Source of the DNA: Callorhinchus milii
Lineage: Eukaryota
NCBI RefSeq assembly: GCF_018977255.1
Contig: NW_024704742.1
Location: forward strand, 51,586,001-51,650,000
Direction: 5' to 3'
DNA: 64,000 nucleotides
Positions within the stretch are counted from its first letter, which is position 1. Each line of letters starts with the position of its first letter. A model generated the notes under the pieces. It did no database searches. It was not told the origin of the DNA and worked only from the letters and a program-made list of their open reading frames with translations. This document shows, one piece after another, positions 13,560-26,424 of the stretch. The position numbers and the translations under genes are program-made.

Positions 13560-13910
13560 AGGAAATCAGAGAATAAGAGTTTTTTAAACCATAAAGAAAA
13601 TGAAGAAGCTTGGAAATACCACAAATTAGTTAGTGTAATTGAAAGCTGATGCTTGGCAATAAAAAAAACAGAAGCTGATGATAAATAGAAATGATTCTGG
13701 CTGCAATGGGGTCAGTAAATAGCAGAAATCCACAGGGACTGTCAGGATCATAAATTATATGAAGAAGCAAAACTCTAATTGTGTTATAACATGCGGATGA
13801 CATAGCAATGTACCCAGGCAACACAACAAAACAAAAGCAATAAACATCTTTAAAGAGATCTGAACCCATTAAGCAGTGGGCTAAGGAACGGAATACAAAT
13901 TTTATGGATA
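13560..13910 (+). mobile_element. Highly decayed CR1-type RT fragment
   Basis: Broken frames give SVNSRNPQGLSG (compare VTSGVPQGSVLG), HADDIAMY (compare FADD) and IKQWAKERNTNF (compare WAxxWQMxF). Confidence 0.6.
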
Positions 13911-16900
13911 CAAGCATTATTTTTGCTCTTGAGATGAAACATTCTCCTAATTAGGGGAAGAAACGGTAGAAAAACAAAAATACAACACAGTACCCTTGCC
14001 CTGGAGGATTTTGAGACAGTCGCTCTTGCATCTGCTGACACTGAGCTTTCCAACAAAACACTAAAAGGGCAGAGGTTGTGGAAGAGCCAATTATTTCACT
14101 GGCATCCCACCGCCTTGAACCCTGGTCTTGAAACACAGATCTATTTTTTCAACTGGGATATCAGCTTGCAGTTATCCATTACTCTTTTGCTCCTCTTGCT
14201 GTAAATGAGGTCTGAATAGAGGCATTTTGTGACCCAAAATATGCTGGACTAATATTTTGGATGACAAGCAATGAAATTAAATGGGAAGTGGATTTGTACA
14301 TGGGAATTCAATGTTCGAAAAAGGTTTGCAGGCATCTAGAGCAAAACGGTAACTATTATATTTGAGGAATACAGCATGATACCAGGCAGTGAAGGGATCC
14401 ATTCCTTGTGATATGTTTCCAAGATAGTCATCTATCACGTTTTTCATTACTTCACTGAGTAGCATGCGGACTTAAAGTAGAAAATGCCATTTGAGACAAT
14501 TTGAATCATTTTAACATCTGCATTATACATAGGCCCTTATGATTGTACTTTATCCCTTTCTGAATTAGAGTAAAGAAAATTTGTTAAAATCAGCTGAGGA
14601 ATACAGATTTCTGCACGTCCAATTATATTTTTTAAAAAATAGTTTAATCAGTAAAACAATTATGAAATCAGTCGCTTATAAAAACCTTTAATGAAACTTA
14701 TCATGTTTTATTTTAAGCTAATCAGACACATTGTTTTGTCTTTTTTATATGTAGTACATTTTTTCTTCCCTTTTGGCCATTTTCTTTGTCAATCTCTTTT
14801 ATAGCTTCAATTTTCTCTCCAAACTTTTTGCCTGGCTTTCTGTACTAAGTAGAACTGGAACAAAACATTAAATTGTGCTACATCTAACAATCTAATGCTC
14901 TGATGAAAGAGATGTATGCTCGCGCACGCTAGCGTTGCTTTAAAGCTTATGAGGCCACAGGATCACAGGATGCTGGGTTACAATGCTAAATCAGTTGGAC
15001 TCAGGCTGTACTGCTGTTCAGGCCACATCTGGAGTGCTGCAAACAGTTCTGGTCGCTGTGGCTAAGGGAACTGTCCAGGCTTAAAGACAGTGCAGCGAGA
15101 GCAATGAATATGATCCCCAGAGGTGTGGGCTTGATAAACTGTTCAGAGGGGACCTTACAGAGATACAGTGGAGCTCTGTTATAATGTAATATTCACATCC
15201 ACAATCTGTGTTGTTTGGCCAAGGTTTGAACAGACTGCAGGGGTGGGGCATAGATGCAAGCCACCCAGCCACCTGAAATCATTTTCATATATTCTTTTGA
15301 GGTTGGTTGATAACCTACAGTATAAATGCAGCTTTAGTGTTAGTGGAATACATTTTGAAATACAAGCAGATGATACTAAATGCAACTAAATACTCAACAG
15401 CAGAAGTTTTTTTTAATCATCAATACACTTTAGAGTAGTTTATACTTATCTGGCCCTTAATGGAACAACGAGGCAAAATTAAGAAATCAGAATGATCATT
15501 AAAATATAACAATTGCTGCCAATGATGCTCTCTAGACGTTCATTATTTTATGTGATCTGATGGAAAAAAACATTACAATCTAAAAAAAGGAAGATTGTAA
15601 TTTAGTGTTTGCATTTCAGCCATAAGCCTGGCTAAATCTCTCAGGACACAGAACATCTCAAGCATGTTATTATGCAGAACCACAAGTGAAAACATTTGCA
15701 TTCCCTCCTATAGATCATCTATTTATACCTTTTTCCTCCATAATTGTATGCTATTTTATGTTCTCAATTATATTTGTTACAGGAAACTAACAAGATTTGA
15801 GGAACACCCTTTTCTGTGTTTTGAATGCCTCAATTGATAGCAAGTGGAGCACAGAGAGGAAGGGGAAAGTTTGCTCCATTGCCTGAGTTAGCACTAGCTG
15901 AATTACTTCATCCTAGACTGACATTCTTAGAAAGGCAGATGTGCACTGCTAGCTAAAGAAGACTGCTATATGTGTGAATGTAATGGGATCACAGAGAGAT
16001 TTGGATGAAGAAGGTTTTCTGCCCATTTGATTTCATCTTTCAAAAAATACCCACTCAATCATCCTCCCACTACAGCATTAAGCTGATTATTGAATGTATC
16101 AAGGGTACTGGTCTCAACTACTCTTCCTGGTAACATGTTCCAGCTATCACCCTCTGGGAAAAGAAATAGTCTTTGGGGTCTGTCCTGAAATTGCATCCCT
16201 GAACCTGTATCCTACATGCATTTCAGGTCATGCAGTTGTATTCCATGTCCTACAACCCTCTGTGGAGAAACAATTTTCCTAACTTCTCCCTGTGGTCTTT
16301 GGTTGGAAGCAACCTAATATTATTTCCAACAATCAAAAACATGGGAACAGGAATCCTGCAAACGACCAATGAATGTTTGGGAACATTTTTTTTAATTTTA
16401 AACTGTTGCAATCAGTTACAACATTAACTGAAGCAGAACCATCACTGTATAAATTCTGACCTGTTTTATACACTGTGCTTATGGTTCCTTTACAAGCTTT
16501 TCGCTAAGATCCTATCAATCAGTTGTTGCTTGAGGCTGGAACTATGGCTTAACTTTTGTCCAGAGAGAGAAAAAAATAGTGATTACTCTCCTTTTCAGCT
16601 GGTCTCATTTCATGCACGACACAATAGATGTTCAATTTAGGGCCATCTTATTTTATCACAAGTACAGAATTATGTTTTTTAGGTTTCAAAGCCTGAGCAA
16701 TTTTGAGCAATCATTTCTAGAGCTTTGTTGGTTAGATCCAAACAAATTCTACCAGTGAATATGTCAATTACGTTTGCACAAACCTGAGCCCATGAAAATA
16801 CCAACAGGGGGTGCTCACTTCTCCAGCTATAATCAAAGGTAAGGCAATGGACGTTTGAGGCTTTGCTGACAGAGGCAGGAACCACATGGAAATCCTGCTG

Positions 16901-17443
16901 CACATTTACAATTGGATATCTTGTCCTTCAGCAAATGTGCTGGTTTAATATTTAATTTTCTCAAGGGAGGTGCACGCAAGCATTTGATGATCTCAGTTTA
17001 TACTTATTCCTATAACCTGCTATTACATTCCTAAACACAGTTCACTCAGCTCCCTTTTAACTTCGGCTCAGTAGTTTTTAACTGAGAATCTGTGCCATAT
17101 GTCCACAACATCATCCTATTCCTTCTAATCTCGTCTCTCTTGAAGCTTGTTTGTTTTAAATTGTCAGCCTTTGTGTTTTGTGCAGTCTGTCAAATATTCT
17201 GCAATGAAAATAAAACTAGGTATGTTTTGTCAAACACTCCAAGATACTATCCTGCATGAAAGGCACTATATAAAATGCAGGTTGTTGTCAAGGTACTCCT
17301 ATGCTTGATTCTACTAGGAAGCTCCCATATTAACTATACTGAAATAGTAGATCTCAGACAGGACACTGCGCTGCAATTGGTCTCAATGACCTGGGACTAG
17401 GGAGATGTGAAAAACAAAGTTCCCACTCCTGAACTGTAGAACA

Positions 17444-17722
17444 CCACCTACACATGGGATAGATTGTTGGAATTGTATATACACTCTCTCCCTGGAGGGA
17501 CACATCCTGCTTACCTAATTCCAGAAAGTATTAGACGCAGGCTGCTACTGCTGGAGTCCAAACAGCTAAAACCACATAGATTGCCATTAATATTGCTGAC
17601 CAGCAAGCTTTCCCGCTGCTTGTCCAGCTGGGACCACCCTACCTGTTAGGGCTATGGCTTGCAGGTTTAAAAGGAGCTGAGTGCGATGACTCCCTGTCCC
17701 CAGTGACTGGTCTACCTAGGTC
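17444..17722 (-). mobile_element. Family X copy 2 (internally deleted)
   Basis: Shares acctaattccagaaagtattagacgcagg and ccagctgggaccaccctacctgttag blocks with the other copies. Confidence 0.75.
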
Positions 17723-19423
17723 TTCACAATGGCAGGATGGACCATCATTCATTTGTATACAAAATAAGTTACTAGGGTCTCTGTTGTCTGCTGCAACAAC
17801 TTACCCCAATCAAATTAGACATTTTGTTCTGATTAGAAGCAAAAACTGATGTATATGGGCTACAACATTTCAACATCAGAATAAACAAGTACACCAAACA
17901 CTAAAATTCACTCCTGTGACCTTCTATTCAACTATGTTTCTGCAGTTCCAACCAACCAGAAGTAACCCAAATTGTTTTTAAGAGAGTTGTTTCAGTCAGC
18001 CTAAAAGGACAAGCAATTAACAATTTAACCTTTATTCAAGCCACTCAAATAATGTACAATCATGATTCCCCAAGAATCCAGAAAATCATGGACACTTCTT
18101 GCCCTGATTTCTGAATACAATTTTTTGCAGATTTCTTTATATTTTTAAGTCAAATGCAAGGATTATTAAAAGGGCTCAGCGACCAGTTATCCAGAAAGGC
18201 TAGTTAAACATAGGACAGGGTGGGAAGCGAGGCGAGAGGCCATCACGTGGCTCTCCAATTGACCAGAGGCCCCTGTGATGCATCTGATCATTCACGCACA
18301 ACCTCCACAGAGTTTGTGTACCAGTCAGAGGATAAGGAACCACTATCCAAGACTCCATCTTAGAGGACTAATTATCTGATCAATTTCACATTATAAGCAC
18401 ATAAGAATTTTTGGAATGCAACTAATTACGTGTTAAGCGGAGTGACAAGTAAAGCAGAGTCCATTATTAACATTTTGTATGAGAAGCAGCCAGAAGACAG
18501 CTTGACTACTTAAGTGATAGTCACAAGTTAAGACAGGATCATGTTATTAGGAGTTTACAGTACTTTGAAGCATAGTCACTTAAATATAGGCACATCTAGA
18601 ATAGGTAGAAAATGTAGAGATGGGAAATAGCAATGAATAAAGTTTAGCTAAAAAAAACCCAGAGAGAATGGAAGAGAAAATTGAAAGAAAGTAATATCAG
18701 GACAATTACTGGTACAATTTTTCAATGTGTTATGTTTAATTTTATTATTTTTTATTTTAATGGGTTTGGGCTAATATTGTAGTAAGAAACCTACTGTGAA
18801 TTTGAATAGCTGTATTTCTGTAACAGTGGCATTTTCTGTGTGATAGTGCCTGAGCTAAAATGTGTAAAACTGGTCACCCGCAGAGATAAGAGTCTCCATG
18901 GACTGCCTGATGATTCATTTTGTGTAAATTGCATTTCAAAATATAGATCCTAGCTTCTGTTCAGGATCTTATTACAGCATATAAATGAGATTGGTATAAC
19001 AACCATTCTTTAAAGAGATCTTTAAAATGTCTTTTCTGAACGAGGTGGATTTGTTGACATACTGAAAAGATCTGAAATATTATGTGACACTGTAACTCAC
19101 ACTTTGAGAAAAAGCAGGAAAAACATAATCTTGGATAAGAGGATAAGGTTCATTTGTTTTCAGGGAGATAGGAAAGTTCAGTTCTCTCTGCATAACATTG
19201 CATGGAAAATGAGAGTTTCTAACACCAAAGAGAGTTCCAATCCATTACACAACACAATCCCTCAATTTTCTGATGTGTGTATTGACTTCAGTAACTTAAC
19301 AATACTTAGCTGACTCCAAGGTGATGGACTTGGCAATATTATTTCAGGACCAGATCAACCTTCTGTGGCAATCTCAGTGGTCCAGTTACTGAGCCAGGTG
19401 AATCATCTGTTACTTCAAAACAT

Positions 19424-19975
19424 TTCTGATGACAAACCAGCCAGCTTGGCTCATCGGCATGGCATAAGCTGTCATTGGGGGCAAGCATTTTCCCCACTCT
19501 GCTCTCGCTAACCCTGCAAGCCAAAGTTCTGATGACAGCACAGCCAGCTTGGCACATCTGCAGGACCTGGAAGGGCAGACCAGTCAGTCACTGGGGCGGG
19601 AAGTCATGCCCTCAGCTCCTGTTAACCCTATAAGTCAAAACTCTAACTGGTAGGCTGGTCCGAGCTGGACAAATAGTGGGAAAGCTTGCTGGACAGCAAT
19701 ATCAATGGCAAGTTGTGCGGTTTTAGCTCATTGGACTCTAGAAGTACACTCTGGGGTCCGCAAGCCTTGGCTCTTGCCAACCTGCGCCTAATGCTTTCCA
19801 GAATTAGGTTGGCAGGATGTGCCCCTCCAGGAGAGAGTGCGCATTCCATTCCAACAATCTATCTCTGGGATTTCCATGTGTAGATTTGATGCGTGGATAT
19901 CTCAGTTTGGTTTGGATACTCTGAAGCAGGCTGATGGGTTTCTGCACATGTCAAACACCCAGCTGACCAAAAAGA
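19424..19975 (+). mobile_element. Family X copy 3, with a diverged tandem duplicate of the 5' ~105 bp module
   Basis: ctgatgaca...cagccagcttggc...taaccct occurs at about 19426 and about 19529; ends cagctgaccaaaaa. Confidence 0.8.
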
Positions 19976-21014
19976 GAACTGTATACTCAACTGCCTGTCT
20001 GATTTGCTGTTCACCTGAAACAAATAATGTTCAAAGTTGCAAAATAGAAAAGCAAGGAGCTTTGGGGAGCATTGCTGGCTAACATCTTTTTTTAAGTACC
20101 ATATTTTTACTGTTTCCCTTGCCATTTCTGTCTGAATGGCCCATACTGCAGTCTTACACTGATCAGCCCTCAGAAGCTGCTGTGCTATAGGTCAAACCTA
20201 CACCTACATGCTTTTCTTAGTAATTGATAAATGAGGGCTTGGTGTGGACATGTCATTGGAGACAGGATTCGTCCTCTCTCACTTCTGATAACCCTGCAAC
20301 AATAAATTCCCTAATGGGAATCTGGGCAATTCCTCATACTGGTAAGCTGTGTCCTTTTACCTGGTTAAATTCTGCCAAACCAACTGGGTAACCAATGTTC
20401 TCACCTCCCAGCTGACCAAATGTACAATTCAGAAAGACAGAAAGTTGAAAATGGCTTTAAAAGGGGTTTGTTTGGTCAACCAGGTGCCCGACACACGCAG
20501 AAACCTATCACCATGCTTAAGCATAGCCAAACAGGGCAGTTTTCATATCCCTGGAAATTTCCCTTTGGAATAGTCACTCTCACAGCCAGCTCAGCCCCCA
20601 TAAAATCTGCTTATCTAACCCCTCCCACTTTACCGAATGATAAAAATGAATAAGAATACCTCAGTATTTTACAAAGGTTTGCATCATCTCTCCCCATTTT
20701 ATTTCAGAAGCTATGGTGAGATCTTGGCAGACCACAAACCAGCTAAGTGACACCAAAAAAGGGTGGGGAATTCTCAGTCAAATCCAGAATGATCTATAAG
20801 GTTTTGTAATAAATCCAGTGAGTAGAACTGCGGAGGCATTTCTCTTGGACATGTATTGAATACACTGTTAACACTGTATTTGAATACAATTGCGACCTTA
20901 GCTACTTCATTCATGATGGTATATACACAGTTTAAATTTGAGACATTATTTTGTAGTAACATTTCATACAGTGGGTTTCTAGATTCAATTGGTAATAATA
21001 AAGTCAAACAGCCC

Positions 21015-21035
21015 TTTAATGTTAGAGGTTTTATT
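21015..21035 (-). terminator. Candidate distal polyadenylation signals (AATAAA at 21030-35 followed by ATTAAA at 21015-20)
   Basis: Plus strand reads tttaat...tttatt, near the edge of the repeat-free block. Confidence 0.4.
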
Positions 21036-24000
21036 GAACAAAATACAGATTATAAACAAGTTCTGTATGCATCCATTTTCACCATCCCCATTTTGACAAA
21101 CACATATTTTAATCAAAGTGCACTGGGGATATACAGACATAGATACACTAACACTTAACAAGTTGTTTCCCTCACTCTTCAGTTCAGATTTGCAAACCAA
21201 ACACTGACCTCCCGGAAATTTTACATGTAATCTGCTTTACGTTAGTACACATTTTCTCAACCATGGTTTCCAAATAAATATTTGATGAAACCAAAGAATA
21301 TCAAAGCAAGGAAGAAATGTGTGAATAAGTTATGTAGACAAGGATTATTCTAAGTAAAATCAGAAAGATAATTTGAAGTCCATAAATCTTCCCAGTGCAT
21401 AAATTTACCTTGCCTAATGTATAATAATTCTGAATGCAAACTTCAAAACCAAACTATTCTGGATGAAGTATGATATGCAATATCTTAATTCACGAAATGC
21501 ATCATCCAAGCAGGCTTCCCCAATTGATCCAAAGGATTATATAAAACATACAAAAGATATCTACTAAAAACACATTTGAGCATTTCACGGTAATTCAACT
21601 AAAGCAGATTACAATGTCAAACCCGCGTTCTGTCTGTTAATGCCTCCTGCACTGCAACCATTAGCACTTGAGCCACATGGAAAATAAATTTCCTTTCCAG
21701 GACATATCCACCGAAATCTTGTTTTGGCACCTTTAGCCTTGCAATTTACTTTACCACGGTTCTAAAAATGTTAGTTGAAATAATGCGTGCCCGTTTAATC
21801 CTTTTGATAATAAAAATGTTTTTAGCTTTCATAACACACCATTTTATCCTGTAATCAGCCTGCAGAGTTCTTTATAATTTTGTATTTTAGCAATGTGACA
21901 GTAGCATTAAGGAAATACAGTATGAAGAACCATACATTTATTGGACATTACGTAAAATATTCATGGCAATATTTTACTTGAAATTCTGTGCAAGTGGCCC
22001 AACCATTTACATACTTCTAATATTTACGGCACTGTAACAATAATTTTACTCAAATAAACCTCAAATTAACAATACCATAAAAATATGGAGATTTACAACA
22101 TTGTTAATAAAATGGGTTACAGTGCATGTTATTTGATTATATGGATTAGAGAAGCAATTACTTAGGTATTTGAGTACATATCAGAACATGAAATGGTATC
22201 ACTGTCTAGTTAAAATGTGTATCAAGTCTCATGCATGGGAATGTGCTAAAAATCATGCTGAATTAACCAGTTTATTCAGATCACATTTTTCAGCCAATAT
22301 GACTTGGGGGTAAAGAATATTTTCACATGTGGCTGTGTACTGCTGAAATAGTTACAATAATACAGATAAAAATGCATGTACAGTACATTGCCTTTCTTAA
22401 ATTGCCTGATGGTCATGACAACTTATAAAAATGTGTGTACAGTATGTAACTTTTACCATATACTACCCAGTGTGTTGATAACCCAATTAAAATACTTTTC
22501 TTAAAAAATAAAGTTAGTGTCCTCTGGTTCTCAAAGGATTAAATACCCAGAACTTAACAAACTGCAACGTATGTTGAATATGAGTGGAGGGCAAATGTAT
22601 TGATACAATATGCCATGGTTCCATACTGTATATAGAAACCAAATTATTGCTAATGGAGTGCAGACACAATTAACAGCACTGAAATCCAACACCTTGGTCC
22701 CTCCAAGTGCCTTTTGCCTCATTTCATTCATAAAATTGCACCAGCCCATCTTTGCAATAACAATCATACTAAGTAACATCAAATATCAAAAGGTTTACAT
22801 AATTTTCAAATTGTAACAGAAAGAGTAATATGGGATAACTAACAGCAAAGCTGCCCCAATAAATAGGACTTCAAAAGCAAAACACTGTGCTGAAAACAAG
22901 CGTTAATTGGATTATGGCACAAATATTTGAAAATTATAACAAGTTAAAGAGAACACCCTAATGCCCTAGATTGCCAAATGAAAATGCTAGAAGGGAGGGA
23001 AAAAGTAATAATGGAAGACAAGTCTGAACTAGCTAAATAATTATCTTATTTCCTATAATTCTATAGAAACTGAATTTAAAGGATTAAAAGGATCTTTCAT
23101 TCCAAGGTAAATTTATTGAAGGCAGTTGAAGAGCTTAAACACTACATACCATTACCTTATAATAAGGAATACCGATATACTGAACAACAAGAGATTGCAA
23201 AATGTGGTGCAATGATTAGAAATTCACTGAATCAATCAATAATTGGAATGAACTTTTTAAAAAAAATGTAAAGCCTGGAATCTTTAGTTATAACTGAAAG
23301 AATTTGTAGATGCAACCACAAGCTCCTCTGGTACAGGGGTAGAAGATGGCACACGAAAGTTTAGACCATACCAAAAAANTAGCTTTGAAAATCATGTTCA
23401 TTGGTGTTAATGTGAAAGTGTGTGTGCCTTATGTAGGGAATAGCAACAGTAGTTTATAATGCTGCAAGAAGCCCAGGTCAAAAATAAATAGTGCTCAAAA
23501 TCTGCAATCTGACTCTCCCACTCCTTGCATGTTAACTCACAAAGCACCAGCAGTTATAAAAGAAAAGTTTCAAAATAGGCAATTCAAATGATCTATAGGC
23601 CTGCTTCTCTGAAATTATTCATCCAAAGCTTCAATAAACAAACATTTGCAAACCTTTCTCAATTCATAATACAGTACCATATTTTCCAGTTATTGGAATC
23701 AGCTTTCTGGTTGATTTTTGTAGTGCAATACACATACATACACACACTTCAGAAACATAAGTATCAACATTTTACAAACACAGCTGACTTGGATATATTG
23801 TGCTCAATGAATTATTTTGCCATATGATTATTTTGTTATTTAAAAGCAGTTTCTTAACAATGAAAATGTTACCATACATTGATATTATATATTATTGCAA
23901 TGTGTTGCCGAATGTTCTAACTTTCCATTACCCCCTTCTCTCTCCCCCGGCCCCAATCCCTCCACCCCCCCACCCTCCCATGTTGGTTATTCACAGAATG

Positions 24001-24715
24001 TTAATGGACATCTTCAGTTAAACCTGAGCAAGTCTTTTGGCAAGAAGAGTTGTATACATTTTTTTTTACATACTCTCTTTCAAAAGATCATTTGTTAAAA
24101 AAAACTAGAAAGTGCAAATGAATTGCTGGCAGAGAAATTTACAACGATGTTTAAGATACAGCATATCCTTGATGCTATATCCAGTTCCTCAACAGTACCT
24201 AAATTGATGTATTCAGGGCACAGATGATTATTGCCCAAGTAAAGCATGATTCTCCTCAATCTTAGAAACCTCTACATACAACATGATCACGTCATCCAGC
24301 AGGATAAAGCCAACAAGGAACTCTATTACTTTAGTGTCTATTTTTACCATTTGAATTTTGCATTAAATCAACATTAAAAGTGCAGTATAAATTGGGATAT
24401 TGGCGTGATTCCAAGTCCCACTCCCAACACTGGCTGAGGAATCAATGGATCGCAGTTTAAATCGTGTTTGCACAGCAGATTTCAAACAGATGTTAAAAGA
24501 CAGGTTAAAATTTAAGTTTAGATGTTCTTTGTCAGTTTACTGAACCGTTTCTGAACTTTTCCATGTTATTAAAGAGCCAATCTTGTCATTGGCTCCTTAA
24601 CATTACCACCATTCAGTATCCATGCAAGACCGCATTATTTATTTGCAAGACTCATATTGGTGTGTGTATAAAGTACGTTGCTGAGAATGTGTAAATAGTC
24701 AAACTTGAATCATAC

Positions 24716-24883
24716 TCTGAAAACAAAAACAGAAGTTGCTGGGAACACTCAGCAGGTCAGGCAGCATCTATGGAGAAAGGAAAGTGAGTGAACATTTCAG
24801 GTCCATGACCCTTAGACAGAATAGGACCCGGCGACTTCTGTTTTTGTTTTCAGATTTGCAGCATCTGCAGTATTTGTGTTTTG
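24716..24883. mobile_element. Penelope-like palindromic repeat remnant inside the putative 3'UTR
   Basis: 28-bp inverted arms at 24716-24743 and 24827-24854; homologous to 12974-13102. Confidence 0.65.
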
Positions 24884-26348
24884 AATCATACTATGCCTAC
24901 AGTTTAGGAAACCCAACTCTGCGGAATTGTTGCCTATGAAGTATTTTGAGAGGAAGCTCTGAATGAGCTTGTCATCTATAAAGCGAGGGGTCATGTAGTG
25001 GTGCTTTAGTTGTAATGAAAGGTCATCATTCACAATGCATGGGCACTTTGCGGTAGTGATACAAGACTGCAAATATTTATTGGTAACAGACTACTCTGCA
25101 CTGAGCCTGTGGAACTTTCTAAAGTTATCTTAAAATCCCAGTTTGAAAATATACATTCGTGACTTGTATGGCCACCAGGCAATATGCTGGAATCACCAGC
25201 TGGGCTTAGCTACAGCATTGTTACCATCATAGACTTTTCAATCAAGTAGATGGATGGGATACACAATCCTTAGGTCCAGAATGGATTGGCATTCTTTTGT
25301 TCGCGAAAGCTCTCTCGTTTTACAAAGTAGCCAGAGGGGATTCTTCTTTGGGTGAAGAATCAAAAGCTTTTCCACTTCTAAGGCCATATTTAGGGGGTTT
25401 ATTGCCTCCCACTGCCATTGGTTTATAAGAGAGTGACTGCCCTGAATCTTGTGTGTGGGGGGGGGGGATTAAGACCGAATGAAAGTCTCTGCAAAGTGAA
25501 TGCCAAGCCTTAACAACCTCCCTCATCCAATTATTGATGAGAAGATGCTTATAGCCTGAGAAATGCCTGATATGGTCTATTAGTGAGAAAGGCAGTGACA
25601 ATGAATAACTGTTGTTGGCAGTTCAAATAAACAATGTAAGCTGGGACAGTTTTATTTTAGGCCTTTTCCCTACCTCCTTCCCTAGATCTTTTAAATCCAG
25701 ACTTGAAGCCAAAAGTATCCTACCCACCTCAAAACAGAGTGTATTGAACTGTGTGTGCCCTGTTGAATAGCTTCTGCTCTCCATATGTGTTTTCTGAAGC
25801 GTTCTAAAGATTTCTATTTGATGACTAAAGTGAATTCACATTATTGTCTGTAGGCCAAAGTTGAAAGCGCTCACCTGGGTATGTTTTTGCCCCAGCATAT
25901 CCCATGCAACACACACCACTCCTTCATCTATCATTAGTTGCTGATGCCATTTTTTTGTCTGTTGATCATACTATCCTGATAATCCCTTAAAATGATGAGA
26001 CACATCGCCCAGATTTATGGGTGAGTTTGGTTGAACCAATTGAGTAAGCACCGTCGTATTTGAAGAGTGCCTTGTGAATGTAGACATTTTTACCCTAGTT
26101 ATCTAAATGACTTGGAATAATGGTCTGGTGAAAGTATTTTGGTGGGCGTGGAATGTTTACTACATTTAGTCTATCCACAGGAAGCCTTATGAAAATGTTT
26201 TAAGAAGAGTAAAAAGATTATTGCCTGTAGTAAAAGAGGGATTACCAGTTTAACAGGCTTGGGTAGGATTGATAAACTGATCTAAATTATCTACATTCCA
26301 GTGAAGGTTCATATTTGAGGAGACTGTCATAAATTTGTTCAGAGTTTC

Positions 26349-26424
26349 TGTTAACCCAGGATATTGTTAACCCAGGATTCTCCAGGATATTGTTAACCCA
26401 GGATTCTCTAGGATATTGATAACC
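26349..26424. repeat. Short tandem repeat built from ccaggatattgttaacccaggattct units
   Basis: tgttaacccaggat occurs three times, plus a degenerate fourth. Confidence 0.85.

Noticed and set aside
14900..14932. CTGATGA-aa-GAG...CTC hammerhead-like motif
   Set aside because: GAAA is absent (GCGC instead) and there are no supporting stems.
1..20800. Exons of a convergent neighbouring gene such as SPATA18, expected from synteny as I recall it
   Set aside because: I found no matching peptide in the ORF track or by eye; small exons could have been missed.
23379..23379. Single N base
   Set aside because: Assembly ambiguity at the end of an A-run, not biology.
26349..26424. Repeat-spacer or CRISPR-like array
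   Set aside because: A simple slippage-type tandem repeat with no unique spacers, in vertebrate DNA.
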